From positions 693-64,692 of the forward strand of contig DASPHG010000006.1 of assembly GCA_035629775.1 (NCBI GenBank): a stretch of DNA of 64,000 nucleotides, given 5' to 3'. The notes below the pieces were generated by a model, which was not told the DNA's origin, did no database searches, and saw nothing but the letters and a program-made list of their open reading frames with translations. This stretch comes from Thermoleophilaceae bacterium (GTDB taxonomy: Bacteria; Actinomycetota; Thermoleophilia; Solirubrobacterales; Thermoleophilaceae). Shown piece by piece: positions 8,725-21,339 of this stretch; the first letter of the stretch is position 1, and each line of letters opens with the position of its first letter. A program made the translations under genes and the position numbers.

Positions 8725-9525
8725 ATGCCTGACGAGCTCGCATCCCTCGACGGCCTGATCGAGCCCGCACTCGAGACCACGATCCCCATCACCGACGAGG
8801 GGTTCCTGCGCGGCGACGGCGTGTTCGAGGTCCTTCGCGTCTACGACGGCGTGCCCTTCGCGCTCGACGACCACCTGATCCGGCTGGAGCGCTCGACGAC
8901 CAACCTGCGCCTCGGCTGGAGCGCACCCCGCGCCGACCTCGAGAAGGACGTGGAGCGCCTCCTGGAGGCGCGCGGAGCCGGGTTCAGCGGCTGCGTGCGG
9001 ATCGTCCTGACTCGCGGTGGCAGGCGGCTCGTCATCACCGAGCAGCTCCCGGCCGCCCCCGCCGAGGCGCGGCTCACCTACGTCGAGTACTGCCCCTCGC
9101 GGCTGCTCGACGGCGTTAAGTCGCTCTCCTACGCGGCGAACATGCTGGCCAACCGCATCGCGCGGGAGCGGGGCTTCGACGAGGCGCTCCTCGTCACGCC
9201 CCACGGCCGCGTGCTGGAGGCGCCCACCTCGACGCTCTTCTGGTGCACGCCGGACGGGACGCTCGCCACCCCGCCGCTCGACGATCACATCCTGGCGTCG
9301 ATCACCCGCGCCCATGTGATCGAGGGGACGGGCGCGGAGGAGCGCGTCTGTACGAAGGACGATCTCGCCCAGGCGACCGAGGCGTTCCTCGCGTCGACGA
9401 CCCGCGAGGTCCAGCCGGTGGCGGCGATCGACGAGTTGGAGCTGTCCGCGCCGGGCGAGCTGACCCAGAAGGCCGCGAGCACCCTACGGGTGCGGATCCA
9501 GGAGGCGCTCGGCGCCGATGGCTAG
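8725..9525 (+). CDS. fold-type IV PLP aminotransferase (branched-chain aminotransferase / aminodeoxychorismate lyase family)
   Basis: DEGFLRGDGVFEVLRVYDGVPFALDDHLIRLERS is the family N-terminal signature. Confidence 0.8.
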   Translation: MPDELASLDGLIEPALETTIPITDEGFLRGDGVFEVLRVYDGVPFALDDHLIRLERSTTNLRLGWSAPRADLEKDVERLLEARGAGFSGCVRIVLTRGGRRLVITEQLPAAPAEARLTYVEYCPSRLLDGVKSLSYAANMLANRIARERGFDEALLVTPHGRVLEAPTSTLFWCTPDGTLATPPLDDHILASITRAHVIEGTGAEERVCTKDDLAQATEAFLASTTREVQPVAAIDELELSAPGELTQKAASTLRVRIQEALGADG

Positions 9526-9642
9526 CGGCCGGAGCCGCGTGCGTGGTGGCTCAGGTACCAGGCCAGGTGCCGCGCGGCGCCCCGCGCCGCGTCCACGGCG
9601 CCCCGGGTTCCGCCGATCACCGTCGCAAGCGGCAGTGTGAGC

Positions 9643-10713
9643 ATGCGCATCACAACTGTTATCGGCAACAGACCGCAGTTCGTTAAGGCCGCCGCGGTAT
9701 CCGGGCGCATTCGCGCAGACCACGAGGAGACCCTGGTTCACACCGGCCAGCACTACGACGACGAGATGTCGCGGATCTTCTTCGAGGAGCTGGGCGTCCC
9801 CGCTCCGGACATCGAGCTGGGCGCTGAGACCGGCACGAACGCGGCGCAGACCGCCCGTATCCTCGCCGCGCTCGAGCCCGTCCTGGACCGGACCAGCCCC
9901 GACCTCGTCCTCGTATACGGCGACACGAATACGACGCTCGCGGGCGGCCTCGCGGCCGCCCAAGCCCAGATCCCCGTCGCGCACGTCGAGGCGGGGATGC
10001 GGTCGTTCGATCGCGCGATGCCGGAGGAGCTCAGCCGCGTCCTGACCGACCACCTGAGCAGCCTGCTCCTCTGCTCCACCCCGACCGCCGTGCAGAACCT
10101 CGAGCGCGAGGGCATCGCCGACGGGGTCCACCTCGTCGGCGACGTCATGGCCGACGTGTCGCTGACCTTCGCCCCGATCGCAGCCGAGCGCTCGCGCGCG
10201 GTCGACGAGCTCGAACTGACGCCCGGCGAGTATCTGCTGGTGACGGCCCACCGCGCCGGCAACGTGGACGACCCGGAGCGCCTCGAGCGGCTGGTCGCGC
10301 TGATCGAGGCGCTCCCGGGCCCGGTGGTCTTCCCGGTCCATCCGCGCACCGGCAAGCGCCTGGACGGGGCCGGCCTGCGCGACCGGCTGGCCGCTGCCGC
10401 GCGGTTGACGCCGCCACTCGGCTACCTCGACTTCCTCGAGCTCACGCGTAACGCCCGCGCGGTGCTGACCGATTCCGGCGGGGTGCAGAAGGAGGCATAT
10501 TTGCTCGAAACGCCGTGCATCACCCTGCGCGACACGACGGAGTGGGTGGAGACGGTCGAGGCGGGGTGGAACGTGCTCGCGGATCTCGATGCCGATGCGG
10601 CGCTGGCAGCGCTCGAGCGGCGCCCGCCTCAGGACCGGCCCGAGCTCTACGGCGCCGGGCAGGCGTCGGAACGCATCAACCGGGTCCTGCGCTCGTACAC
10701 TGCCGCCCCATGA
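9643..10713 (+). CDS. wecB: UDP-N-acetylglucosamine 2-epimerase (non-hydrolysing, WecB/WbpI-like)
   Basis: MRITTVIGNRPQFVKAAAV...HTGQHYD...LTDSGGVQKEA. GTG 9637 is an alternative start. Confidence 0.9.
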   Translation: MRITTVIGNRPQFVKAAAVSGRIRADHEETLVHTGQHYDDEMSRIFFEELGVPAPDIELGAETGTNAAQTARILAALEPVLDRTSPDLVLVYGDTNTTLAGGLAAAQAQIPVAHVEAGMRSFDRAMPEELSRVLTDHLSSLLLCSTPTAVQNLEREGIADGVHLVGDVMADVSLTFAPIAAERSRAVDELELTPGEYLLVTAHRAGNVDDPERLERLVALIEALPGPVVFPVHPRTGKRLDGAGLRDRLAAAARLTPPLGYLDFLELTRNARAVLTDSGGVQKEAYLLETPCITLRDTTEWVETVEAGWNVLADLDADAALAALERRPPQDRPELYGAGQASERINRVLRSYTAAP

Positions 10714-11957
10714 AGGTCGGCGTAATTGGACTCGGATATGTCGGACTGCCCCTGGCGGTCGAGTTCCTCGAAGCGGGCCACGAGGTGGTCGGCATCGACG
10801 TGGACCAGCGCCGCGTGCGCGCTATCGCCGAAGGCATCTCGGACATCGAGGACATTCCGTCGGAGCGGCTGCAGGCGGTCATGGAGAACCTGACCGCCTC
10901 CACCCGCTACGCGGACCTGGCCCATGTCGACACCGCGATCATCGCGGTCCCCACCCCCCTCTCGCGCAACCGCGAGCCGGATCTCGGTCCGCTGGTCTCG
11001 GCGGGCAGCTCGCTCGCGGAGGTCCTTCAGCGCGGTCAGCTGGTCATCCTCGAGTCCACCACCTACCCCGGCACCACGCGCGAGCGGCTGGTGCCGTTGC
11101 TCGAGGAGTCGGGTCTCGCCGCCGGCGTCGACTTCAACGTCGCCTTCTCCCCGGAGCGAGTCGACCCGGGCCGCACCGACTACACGCTGCGCAACACGCC
11201 GAAGGTCGTGGGCGGCCTGACGGAGGCCTGCCTCGAGCGGGCCGTCGAGGTCTACAGCCAGGTGTGCGACACGGTGATCCCCGTCACGTCGCCGGACGCG
11301 GCCGAGATGACGAAGCTCCTCGAGAACATCTTCCGCTCGGTCAACATCGCCCTCGTCAACGAGCTGGCGATGCTGGCGGACAGGATGGGGCTCGACATCT
11401 GGGAGATCGTGGATGCCGCGGCCACGAAGCCGTTCGGGTTCATGCGCTTCGACCCCGGCCCCGGCATGGGCGGCCACTGTCTGCCGGTCGATCCGTTCTA
11501 CCTCACCTGGCGGGCGCGCGAGTTCGACATGCCCACCGAGTTCATCGAGCTCGCGGGCGAGGTGAACCAGGCGATGCCCTACTTCTGCGTCGAGAAGATC
11601 GCCGGCGCGCTGAACGACCACTCGAAGTCGGTGCGGGGGGCGAAGATCGTGATCATCGGCGTCTCGTACAAGCCCGGGGTCGGCGATCTGCGCGAGTCGC
11701 CCGCGCTCAAGATCATCCGGCTGCTCCGGGGCCGCGGGGCGGAGATCACCTACAACGATCCGTACGTTGCGGAGCTACCCGACTTCCAGCTGGAGTCGCG
11801 TCCGCTCGACGCCGAGCTCGCGGACTGCGACTGCGCGGTGATCGTGACCCATCACCCCGGCCTCGACTTCGACAAGGTGCTCGAGGCGGCGCCGCTCGTC
11901 GTGGACTTCCGTGGCGTCACGCGCGGGCAGAGCGCGCCCAACCTGGTCCGCCTGTGA
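10710..11957 (+). CDS. nucleotide-sugar 6-dehydrogenase (UDP-GlcNAc/ManNAc dehydrogenase, WbpA/WecC-like)
   Basis: ATGA overlap with wecB. MKVGVIGLGYVGLPLAVEF Rossmann motif and a catalytic-Cys region GMGGHCLPVDP. Confidence 0.9.
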   Translation: MKVGVIGLGYVGLPLAVEFLEAGHEVVGIDVDQRRVRAIAEGISDIEDIPSERLQAVMENLTASTRYADLAHVDTAIIAVPTPLSRNREPDLGPLVSAGSSLAEVLQRGQLVILESTTYPGTTRERLVPLLEESGLAAGVDFNVAFSPERVDPGRTDYTLRNTPKVVGGLTEACLERAVEVYSQVCDTVIPVTSPDAAEMTKLLENIFRSVNIALVNELAMLADRMGLDIWEIVDAAATKPFGFMRFDPGPGMGGHCLPVDPFYLTWRAREFDMPTEFIELAGEVNQAMPYFCVEKIAGALNDHSKSVRGAKIVIIGVSYKPGVGDLRESPALKIIRLLRGRGAEITYNDPYVAELPDFQLESRPLDAELADCDCAVIVTHHPGLDFDKVLEAAPLVVDFRGVTRGQSAPNLVRL

Positions 11958-12958
11958 GCGAGCCTGTCCGGGTGGGCGTGGTCGGCCTCGGCTACTGGGG
12001 CCCGAACCTCGCGCGCAACTTCGAACAGCTCGCGGGCGCCGAGGTCGCGTGGATCTGCGACGCCAGCGAGGAGGCGCTCGCGCGCTGGGGCCCGCGCTTC
12101 CAGGGCGTCCGCGCGACGGCCGACCTGGACGACCTGCTCGGCGACGACCGTCTCGACGCCGTCGTGGTGGCAACGCCGGTCCCGACGCACGCCGCCCTCG
12201 CCACGCGGGTGCTCGAGGCCGGTAAGCACTGCTTCGTCGAGAAGCCACTCGCCCAGTCCGTCGACGATGCGGCGGCCGTGGTCGACACGGCCGAGGCGGC
12301 GGGGAAGACCCTGATGGTCGGCCACCTGCTCGAGTACCACCCGGGGGTCGCGAAGCTGAAGGAGGTCGCGGAGGCAGGCGACCTCGGCGACATCCATTAC
12401 ATCTACGGGAACCGCCTGAACCTCGGGAAGCTGAGGGCCGACGAGAACGCGCTCTGGTCGCTGGGCGCGCACGACGTGTCGGTGGTGCTGCGGCTCGTCG
12501 GCGAGGAGCCCGTCGAGGTCAGCGCGTACGGCGAGAGCTACATGCAGCCGGGCATCGAGGACGTCGTCTTCTGCTACCTGCGCTTCCCGTCCGGCGTCGC
12601 CGCGCACCTCCACCTGTCGTGGCTCGACCCGCACAAGGAGCGGCGCTTCACCGTCGTCGGGTCCAAGCGGATGGCGACCTTCGACGACATGTCACTCGAG
12701 CGGAAGATCGAGATCTACGACAAGGGCTTCGACCAGGACTTCGCGTCCTACGGCGAGTACATCGCCCGCTCGGGCGACATCCACAGCCCGCACATCTCGA
12801 ACGAGGAGCCGCTGCGAATCGAGTGCACCCACTTTGTCGAGTGCATCGCCGAGGGCCGGTCGCCCCGCTCGGACGGCCACAGCGGACTCCGCGTCGTGCG
12901 GGTGCTGGAGGCGCTTGACAACTCCCTGGCGGGCACGCGCCGTGCTGCAGCCGTCTGA
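11954..12958 (+). CDS. Gfo/Idh/MocA-family oxidoreductase (WbpB-like sugar 3-dehydrogenase)
   Basis: GTGA overlap with the preceding gene. VRVGVVGLGYWGPNLARNF...CFVEKPLA. Confidence 0.85.
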   Translation: MSEPVRVGVVGLGYWGPNLARNFEQLAGAEVAWICDASEEALARWGPRFQGVRATADLDDLLGDDRLDAVVVATPVPTHAALATRVLEAGKHCFVEKPLAQSVDDAAAVVDTAEAAGKTLMVGHLLEYHPGVAKLKEVAEAGDLGDIHYIYGNRLNLGKLRADENALWSLGAHDVSVVLRLVGEEPVEVSAYGESYMQPGIEDVVFCYLRFPSGVAAHLHLSWLDPHKERRFTVVGSKRMATFDDMSLERKIEIYDKGFDQDFASYGEYIARSGDIHSPHISNEEPLRIECTHFVECIAEGRSPRSDGHSGLRVVRVLEALDNSLAGTRRAAAV

Positions 12959-13652
12959 CCGCGCGCCGGGGTTGCTCCTCGGCGACGGCGTCGAACTGCC
13001 CGACGACGCCCTGGTCGGCGCGTACGTCGTGATTCACGACGGAACCGTGCTCGGCCCCGGCTGCAAGCTCCAGGACCACGCCGTGGTCGGGAAGCCGCTC
13101 GCACTCGGCGCCCGCTCGACGGCCTCACCAGAGTCGCCGCCGCCGGCGCGCATCGGGGCGGGCGCGACCGTGGCCGCGGGCGCGATCGTGAACGCGGGCG
13201 CCGAGATCGGCGACGGCGCGGTGGTGGGCGACCAGGCGCAGGTGCGCGAGCGGGCGCGGATCGGGGCGCGCACCGTCGTGGGCCGCGGCAGCCAGGTGGA
13301 CAACGACGTCGCCGTCGGCGCGGGCTGCCGGATCCAGACCGGCTGCTACATCACCGCGAACTCGGTCGTCGAGGACGACGTCTTCATCGGGCCGGGCGTC
13401 TTCACCTACAACGACAACACCATGGCCCGCCACGCCCCCGACTACGCGATCGTCGGGCCCACCATCCGGCGGGCGGCACGGATTGGCGGCGCCGCGCGCA
13501 TCCTGCCGGGCATCGAGATCGGGGAGGAGGCGTTCGTGGCAACCGGCGCCGTCGTCACCCGTGACGTACCGGCCCGGACGATCGTGATGGGCGTGCCCGC
13601 CAAGAAGGTCGGAGACGTCGGGGACGAGGAGCTGATCGAGCACTGGAGCTGA
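12942..13652 (+). CDS. left-handed beta-helix (hexapeptide-repeat) N-acetyltransferase (WbpD-like)
   Basis: Runs of hexapeptide repeats (IGAGATVAAGAIVNAGAEIGDGAVVGDQAQV...). GTG 12942 is chosen as the first start that does not deeply overlap the upstream gene. Confidence 0.8.
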   Translation: MLQPSDRAPGLLLGDGVELPDDALVGAYVVIHDGTVLGPGCKLQDHAVVGKPLALGARSTASPESPPPARIGAGATVAAGAIVNAGAEIGDGAVVGDQAQVRERARIGARTVVGRGSQVDNDVAVGAGCRIQTGCYITANSVVEDDVFIGPGVFTYNDNTMARHAPDYAIVGPTIRRAARIGGAARILPGIEIGEEAFVATGAVVTRDVPARTIVMGVPAKKVGDVGDEELIEHWS

Positions 13653-13678
13653 CCTTCCCCAGCCGGCGCGCGGCGGCG

Positions 13679-14298
13679 ATGGAGCGCCGCACGATCGCGC
13701 TCGGCGTGGCCGCCTACGCGGTGACCGCGGCGGCGCTGCTCGCCGAGTTCGGCCGGATCTGGCACCGCGGGTCCGCGCCGCTCCCCAGTGAGGCCGATGA
13801 CGTTCTCGACGCCGCCGCGTCGGCCGCCGGCGAGACGGTCGCGGTCGCGGTGTCCGGCTACCGGGAGACGCCGCGGCGCGAGAACGCCCTCTTCAACCTG
13901 CTCGCCTCGTTCACGGCGTCCTTCTCGGCGGCGCGCGGCATCACGTATCTGCTTCGCCGCCGCCGGCGGGTCGGGCCCTTTCGGAACCTGATGATCGGCC
14001 GGCGCCACATCCACCACTTCGTGCCGGGGATCCTGCTCGCGTTCGGGGCGGGGGCGGCGGCGATCCTGACCGACGACGAGACGATCGAGCCGCGCCTTGC
14101 GCTCGCGTTCGGCACGGGGATGGGGCTGACGCTGGACGAGTCAGCCCTCCTGCTCGAGCTCGACGACGTCTACTGGTCGCGCGAGGGGGTCCTGTCGGTT
14201 CAGATTACGCTTGCCGCGATGGCCCTCATCTCGTCCGTCGTGCTCGGCCTGCGGTTCCTCCGCCGCGGCGAGGCCGTCGTGCTCGATCAGGCGCCCGC

Positions 14299-14302
<4 letters not shown>
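13679..14302 (+). CDS. hypothetical integral membrane protein
   Basis: 207 aa with several hydrophobic helices. GC3-rich. No motif recognised. Confidence 0.6.
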
Positions 14303-17548
<3,246 letters not shown>

Positions 17549-17561
17549 AGGTGAGGGGGCG

Positions 17562-18011
17562 TCAGCCCGGTGTGACGATGGTCTTGATCTCGGTGGTCAC
17601 GCCGTCGTGGACCTCGACGGTGACCATGTGCGTGCCCGCCGTCTTGATCGGCTCGTCCAGGTGCACGCGCCGCTTGTCGATCTTCAGGCCGCGGGCCTGC
17701 TTGATCGCATCGACGATGTCCTGCGAGGTCACCGATCCGAAGAGCCGCCCGTCGGCGCCAGCGGCCTGGCGCAGCGTGAGGACGGTCTTCCCGAGGATCT
17801 CGGCGTTCTCGGCCGCCTTCTCAGCCGCCTCGCGGACGGCTCGCTCCTCTGCCTCCTGCCGGCGGATGGCCTCCGCGACGGCGGCTGCCGTCGCCGGTTG
17901 GGCGAGCTTGCGCGGCACGAGGTAGTTGCGCAGGTAGCCGGGGGAGACGTCGACGATCTCGCCGCGCTCGCCCAGCGTCTCGACCGGCTTCAGAAGAATG
18001 GCCTGGGCCAT
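17562..18011 (-). CDS. rplI: 50S ribosomal protein L9
   Basis: MAQAILLKPVETLGERGEIVDVSPGYLRNYLVPRKLA. Confidence 0.95.
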   Translation of the reverse strand: MAQAILLKPVETLGERGEIVDVSPGYLRNYLVPRKLAQPATAAAVAEAIRRQEAEERAVREAAEKAAENAEILGKTVLTLRQAAGADGRLFGSVTSQDIVDAIKQARGLKIDKRRVHLDEPIKTAGTHMVTVEVHDGVTTEIKTIVTPG

Positions 18012-18017
18012 CGTCCG

Positions 18018-18305
18018 CTACCTCTCGGAGACGTAGGGGAGCAGCCCGAGCTCCCTAGCGCGCTTGACCGCTACCGCGAGCTGCCGCTGGTGCCGCCGGC
18101 AGCAGCCCGTGATCCGGGCCGAGCGCAGCTTGCCCTTCTCGCTCATCGCGCGGCGCAGCGTGCCGAAGTCCTTGTAGTCCACGACCTCGACCTTGTCGCG
18201 GCAGAACTGACAGGGCTTGCGCCGGCCGCCGAAGCCGGGTCCCTTCTTGCCATCGCGGCGCCGGGCCCCTGTCGGCCGTTGACTACCACCACGCTGCTTT
18301 GCCAC
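18018..18305 (-). CDS. rpsR: 30S ribosomal protein S18
   Basis: GTG 18305. ...CQFCRDKVEVVDYKDFGTLRRAMSEKGKLRSARITG...QRQLAVAVKRARELGLLPY. Confidence 0.92.
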   Translation of the reverse strand: MAKQRGGSQRPTGARRRDGKKGPGFGGRRKPCQFCRDKVEVVDYKDFGTLRRAMSEKGKLRSARITGCCRRHQRQLAVAVKRARELGLLPYVSER

Positions 18306-18330
18306 GCGAAATGCTCCTGTGCTGTCTGCC

Positions 18331-18789
18331 CTAGAAGGGGATGTCGTCGTCCGACTGACCGGCTCCGACGGGCGCCGTCTGGAAATCCGCGGTGTCCGCG
18401 GGGACGTCGCTCTGCGGCGTGAACCGGCCTCCGTTGCCGTTCCCCTCGCCCGAGGGCGAGCCAAGGAACTGAACGGAATCGGCAATGATATCGACCGACT
18501 GGCGCTTGTTGCCCTGCTGGTCCTGCCACTCGCGCCACTCGAGCCTGCCGTCGACGGCGACGGGGCGGCCCTTCGAGAGGTACTGGGCGCAGTTCTCGCC
18601 CTGCGCGCCCCACACCGTGACGTCGAAGTAGTTCGGCTTGTCCACCCACTGGCCGGACGAGTCCTTGCGGCGCGTGTTGCACGCGATGCGCAGCCCGCAG
18701 ACCGACGTGCCGCTCTGGGTGTTGCGAAGCTCGGGATCGCGGGTCAGGTTCCCCGTGAGGACTACGCGGTTGATGTTCGTGGCTGCCAT
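18331..18789 (-). CDS. ssb: single-stranded DNA-binding protein
   Basis: NRVVLTGNLTRDPELR OB-fold N-terminus, a Gly-rich linker and the acidic tip DDDIPF. Confidence 0.95.
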   Translation of the reverse strand: MAATNINRVVLTGNLTRDPELRNTQSGTSVCGLRIACNTRRKDSSGQWVDKPNYFDVTVWGAQGENCAQYLSKGRPVAVDGRLEWREWQDQQGNKRQSVDIIADSVQFLGSPSGEGNGNGGRFTPQSDVPADTADFQTAPVGAGQSDDDIPF

Positions 18790-18843
18790 TCAGGCTCCTT
18801 TGCGTCTACTCGTGAGAAAGTCGAGACTAGAGACAGAACCTGA

Positions 18844-18876
18844 CGGGGTGAAGGATTTCGCCCCCTGAAATCCCCG
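18844..18876 (-). other. two-tier hairpin in the rpsF-ssb spacer
   Basis: CGGGG-tgaa-GGATTTC-gccccct-GAAATCC-CCCG (written on the + strand). A 7-bp inner stem and a 4-5-bp outer stem, read directly from the sequence. Confidence 0.4.
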
Positions 18877-18896
18877 ACAGAGCGGGAAAGACGTCG

Positions 18897-19343
18897 TCAG
18901 GCCTCGTCGGGGGCGCCGCCGGTCGCCTCGTCCTCCGCCGGTCGCGGCGGGGCGTCGGCGGCGGCGCGCGCCGCGACCGCGCCGTCCGGGTCCTCCGGCT
19001 CCCGAGCCGCGCGCGGGGCCTCGGGCCGCGGCGCGGGCGGCGGGGGCGTGCCGGGCTTCACCTTGATGATCCGGTGGCGGAGCACCCCGTCGGCGATCCT
19101 GAGCGAGTTGTTCAGTTGGTCGAGGAGCTCCTTCTCGCCCTCGAACTGAAAGAGGTGGTAGGCCGCCTCGCCGCGGTGATCGATCTCGAACGCCATGCGG
19201 CGCATGCCCCAGTCCTGCTGGCCGACCAGGTTGCCCTTGCCCTCGATCGCCGAGGTCACGCTCCCGAGGATCTCGCGGTGCCGGTCGTCGGGCGCGTTCG
19301 GGTCGAGCATCAGCGTCAGGTCATACAGAGTTGGGGCGGCCAT
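18897..19343 (-). CDS. rpsF: 30S ribosomal protein S6 with a Pro/Ala/acidic C-terminal tail
   Basis: ATG 19343: MAAPTLYDLTLMLDPN...WGMRRMAFEI...AAYHLFQFEG. Confidence 0.92.
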   Translation of the reverse strand: MAAPTLYDLTLMLDPNAPDDRHREILGSVTSAIEGKGNLVGQQDWGMRRMAFEIDHRGEAAYHLFQFEGEKELLDQLNNSLRIADGVLRHRIIKVKPGTPPPPAPRPEAPRAAREPEDPDGAVAARAAADAPPRPAEDEATGGAPDEA

Positions 19344-19406
19344 CAGGGCGGGCCACGATAGCAACGGGCGGGGGGCGAGCCCGGCCGCCACGGGCCTTCA
19401 AGCGGC

Positions 19407-19787
19407 GTGTCGAGGGTGCGCTGGGGAAACGTCGCGCGACTCGCGGTGCTCGGCGTCGCGGTCGCCCTGATCGCGTCCGGTTTCCCCGGCGGCTGGGGCG
19501 AGGAGTCCACGGTGGTGCCGCTCGATGCGCTGCCGGGGGAGCCCGTTGCCGCGCCGCCGCTCGGTGCCGCGCCGCCCCGCTCGAGCGTCCGGGAACCCGT
19601 GACCCGGCCGCCGCGCGGTCAGCGCAGGCGGCCGCCGCGTCCGGGGCGGCGTCGGGAGAGGCTGGGTAGGGGGGTCGTCTCGGCCGCCGCCGCTCGTCCG
19701 CCGGCCACGGCGATCGCGCCTCCGCCCACGCGCGCTCTTCCGCCCCGGATTCCCGAGCCAGCCCGAGAATTCTCCTTCGATCGATGA
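19407..19787 (+). CDS. hypothetical membrane-anchored Pro/Arg-rich protein
   Basis: GTG start. TM helix ARLAVLGVAVALIASGF followed by a low-complexity Pro/Arg region. The codon pattern is coding-like, but no homology was recognised. Confidence 0.4.
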   Translation: MSRVRWGNVARLAVLGVAVALIASGFPGGWGEESTVVPLDALPGEPVAAPPLGAAPPRSSVREPVTRPPRGQRRRPPRPGRRRERLGRGVVSAAAARPPATAIAPPPTRALPPRIPEPAREFSFDR

Positions 19788-19857
19788 GTTTGCCCGGTCA
19801 TGGCCGGGTCAATGCATCAATCGCGCTGTGAAGTAGAGGAAGGCCCCGTTGGTCGAG

Positions 19858-21339
19858 CTAGGCCGAGGCCACCGGTTGCGCGCCGGCTGACTTCGCCGTG
19901 ATGTCGGCGAGCTGGTCGTCCACCCAGTCGCCGGGGTGGCGCTGGGTCACGATCTTCTTGAGCCCCTCGGCACGCCACGAGCGCTCCTCGGCCGACATCG
20001 TCAGCGCCCGGTGGATCGCATCCGCCTGCTCCTGCACGTCGAACGGGTTGACGGAGAGCGAGAACTCGCCGAGCTCCTCATGCGCGCCCGTGTTCTCCGA
20101 GAGCAGCGAGACCCCGTGGCGCTCGTTCACGAGCGGGCCCTCCTTCGCCACGAGGTTCATCCCGTCGAACATCGCGTTCACGATCAGGAGGTCGTAGTGC
20201 TTGTAGTACGCGATGGCCTGGTCCAGGTTCTCCTCGATCCGCAGGTCGATCGGCATCCAGTCGGTGGTCCCGTGGCGGTGGTTCACGACGGCGACCAGCG
20301 CCTCGATCTTCTCCAGGTACTCGGCGTACTCCGGCACGTCCTGCCGCGACGGCATGAGCTGCGCGATGAACGTGACGTGCTCGCGGAACTCCGGGTGCTG
20401 GTCGAGAAAGAGGTCGAACGCGGTGAAGCCGCGAAGCACGTTCTTCGACAGGTCCGCGCGGTCCACGCGCAGGATCAGGTGGTCGCGCCGGCGGCGGACG
20501 ATCTCCTGCTCGTGGGCGTGCACCTGCGTCCGCTGAGCCTTGCGCATGAAGCTGTCCGCCGAGATCGGCAGGGGATAGGCGCGGACCCACACCTGGCGCC
20601 CGTCGAAGTCCACGACGCCGGTCTCCTCGTCGACGGGAAGGTCGAACAGCTCGCGGCAGCACAGCAGGAAGTTCCGCCGGTACGCCCGGGTGTGGAACCC
20701 CACGATGTCGTTCGAGAGCAGGCCCTCGAAGATGTCCTCGCGCATGTCGCGGGGCAGCACGCGCCAGGCATCGGGCTGAGTCCACGGGATGTGGATGAAG
20801 TGGTGGAGGAAGACGTCGGGGCGCGTCTGGCGGATCGTCCGCGGGGCGGCGTAGAGGTGGTAGTCGTGGAGCATCACGACGGCGTCGTCCGACCCCTCGA
20901 TCTCCTCGAGGACCGCGTTCGCGAGGTCGGCGTTGACCGCGCAGTAGCCGTTCTCGTACGCCTCCACCTCCTCGCGCCGGATGTCGGGCGCGTTCGAGAG
21001 GTCCCACAGGTAGTGCTGGATGAACCACAAGAGCGGGTTCGCGACGACGTTGTAGAACTGGTCGTAGGCGGCCGGGTCGCTCTCCACGAGCCGAATCCGG
21101 TACGCGGTGCCGTCCACCTCGCAGTCGAACGCGCCCCCGCCCTGGGCGCGGCTCGCCTCCACGTCGCCGGCGCCCATCGCGGACGCGACCCAGACCGCCT
21201 CGCGGTGCTCGACCAGTCCGGTCAGCGCCGTGACCAGGCCGCCACCGCCGCGACTCACCGTCAACCCGCCGGCCTCGTCTCGCTCGAACGTTGCGGGGCC
21301 GCGGTTCGAGACGAGTACGAGGGGGCGGTCTGGGGTCAT
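19858..21339 (-). CDS. otsA: alpha,alpha-trehalose-phosphate synthase (GT20)
   Basis: LVLVSNRGP...GGGLVTAL...HDYHL...; GT20 signature layout. Confidence 0.9.
   Translation of the reverse strand: MTPDRPLVLVSNRGPATFERDEAGGLTVSRGGGGLVTALTGLVEHREAVWVASAMGAGDVEASRAQGGGAFDCEVDGTAYRIRLVESDPAAYDQFYNVVANPLLWFIQHYLWDLSNAPDIRREEVEAYENGYCAVNADLANAVLEEIEGSDDAVVMLHDYHLYAAPRTIRQTRPDVFLHHFIHIPWTQPDAWRVLPRDMREDIFEGLLSNDIVGFHTRAYRRNFLLCCRELFDLPVDEETGVVDFDGRQVWVRAYPLPISADSFMRKAQRTQVHAHEQEIVRRRRDHLILRVDRADLSKNVLRGFTAFDLFLDQHPEFREHVTFIAQLMPSRQDVPEYAEYLEKIEALVAVVNHRHGTTDWMPIDLRIEENLDQAIAYYKHYDLLIVNAMFDGMNLVAKEGPLVNERHGVSLLSENTGAHEELGEFSLSVNPFDVQEQADAIHRALTMSAEERSWRAEGLKKIVTQRHPGDWVDDQLADITAKSAGAQPVASA

Noticed and set aside
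10589-12958. 789-aa ORF spanning the dehydrogenase and oxidoreductase genes
   Set aside because: Only the last third, from GTG 11954, gives a Gfo/Idh/MocA protein. The upstream part is the off-frame of the sugar dehydrogenase gene.
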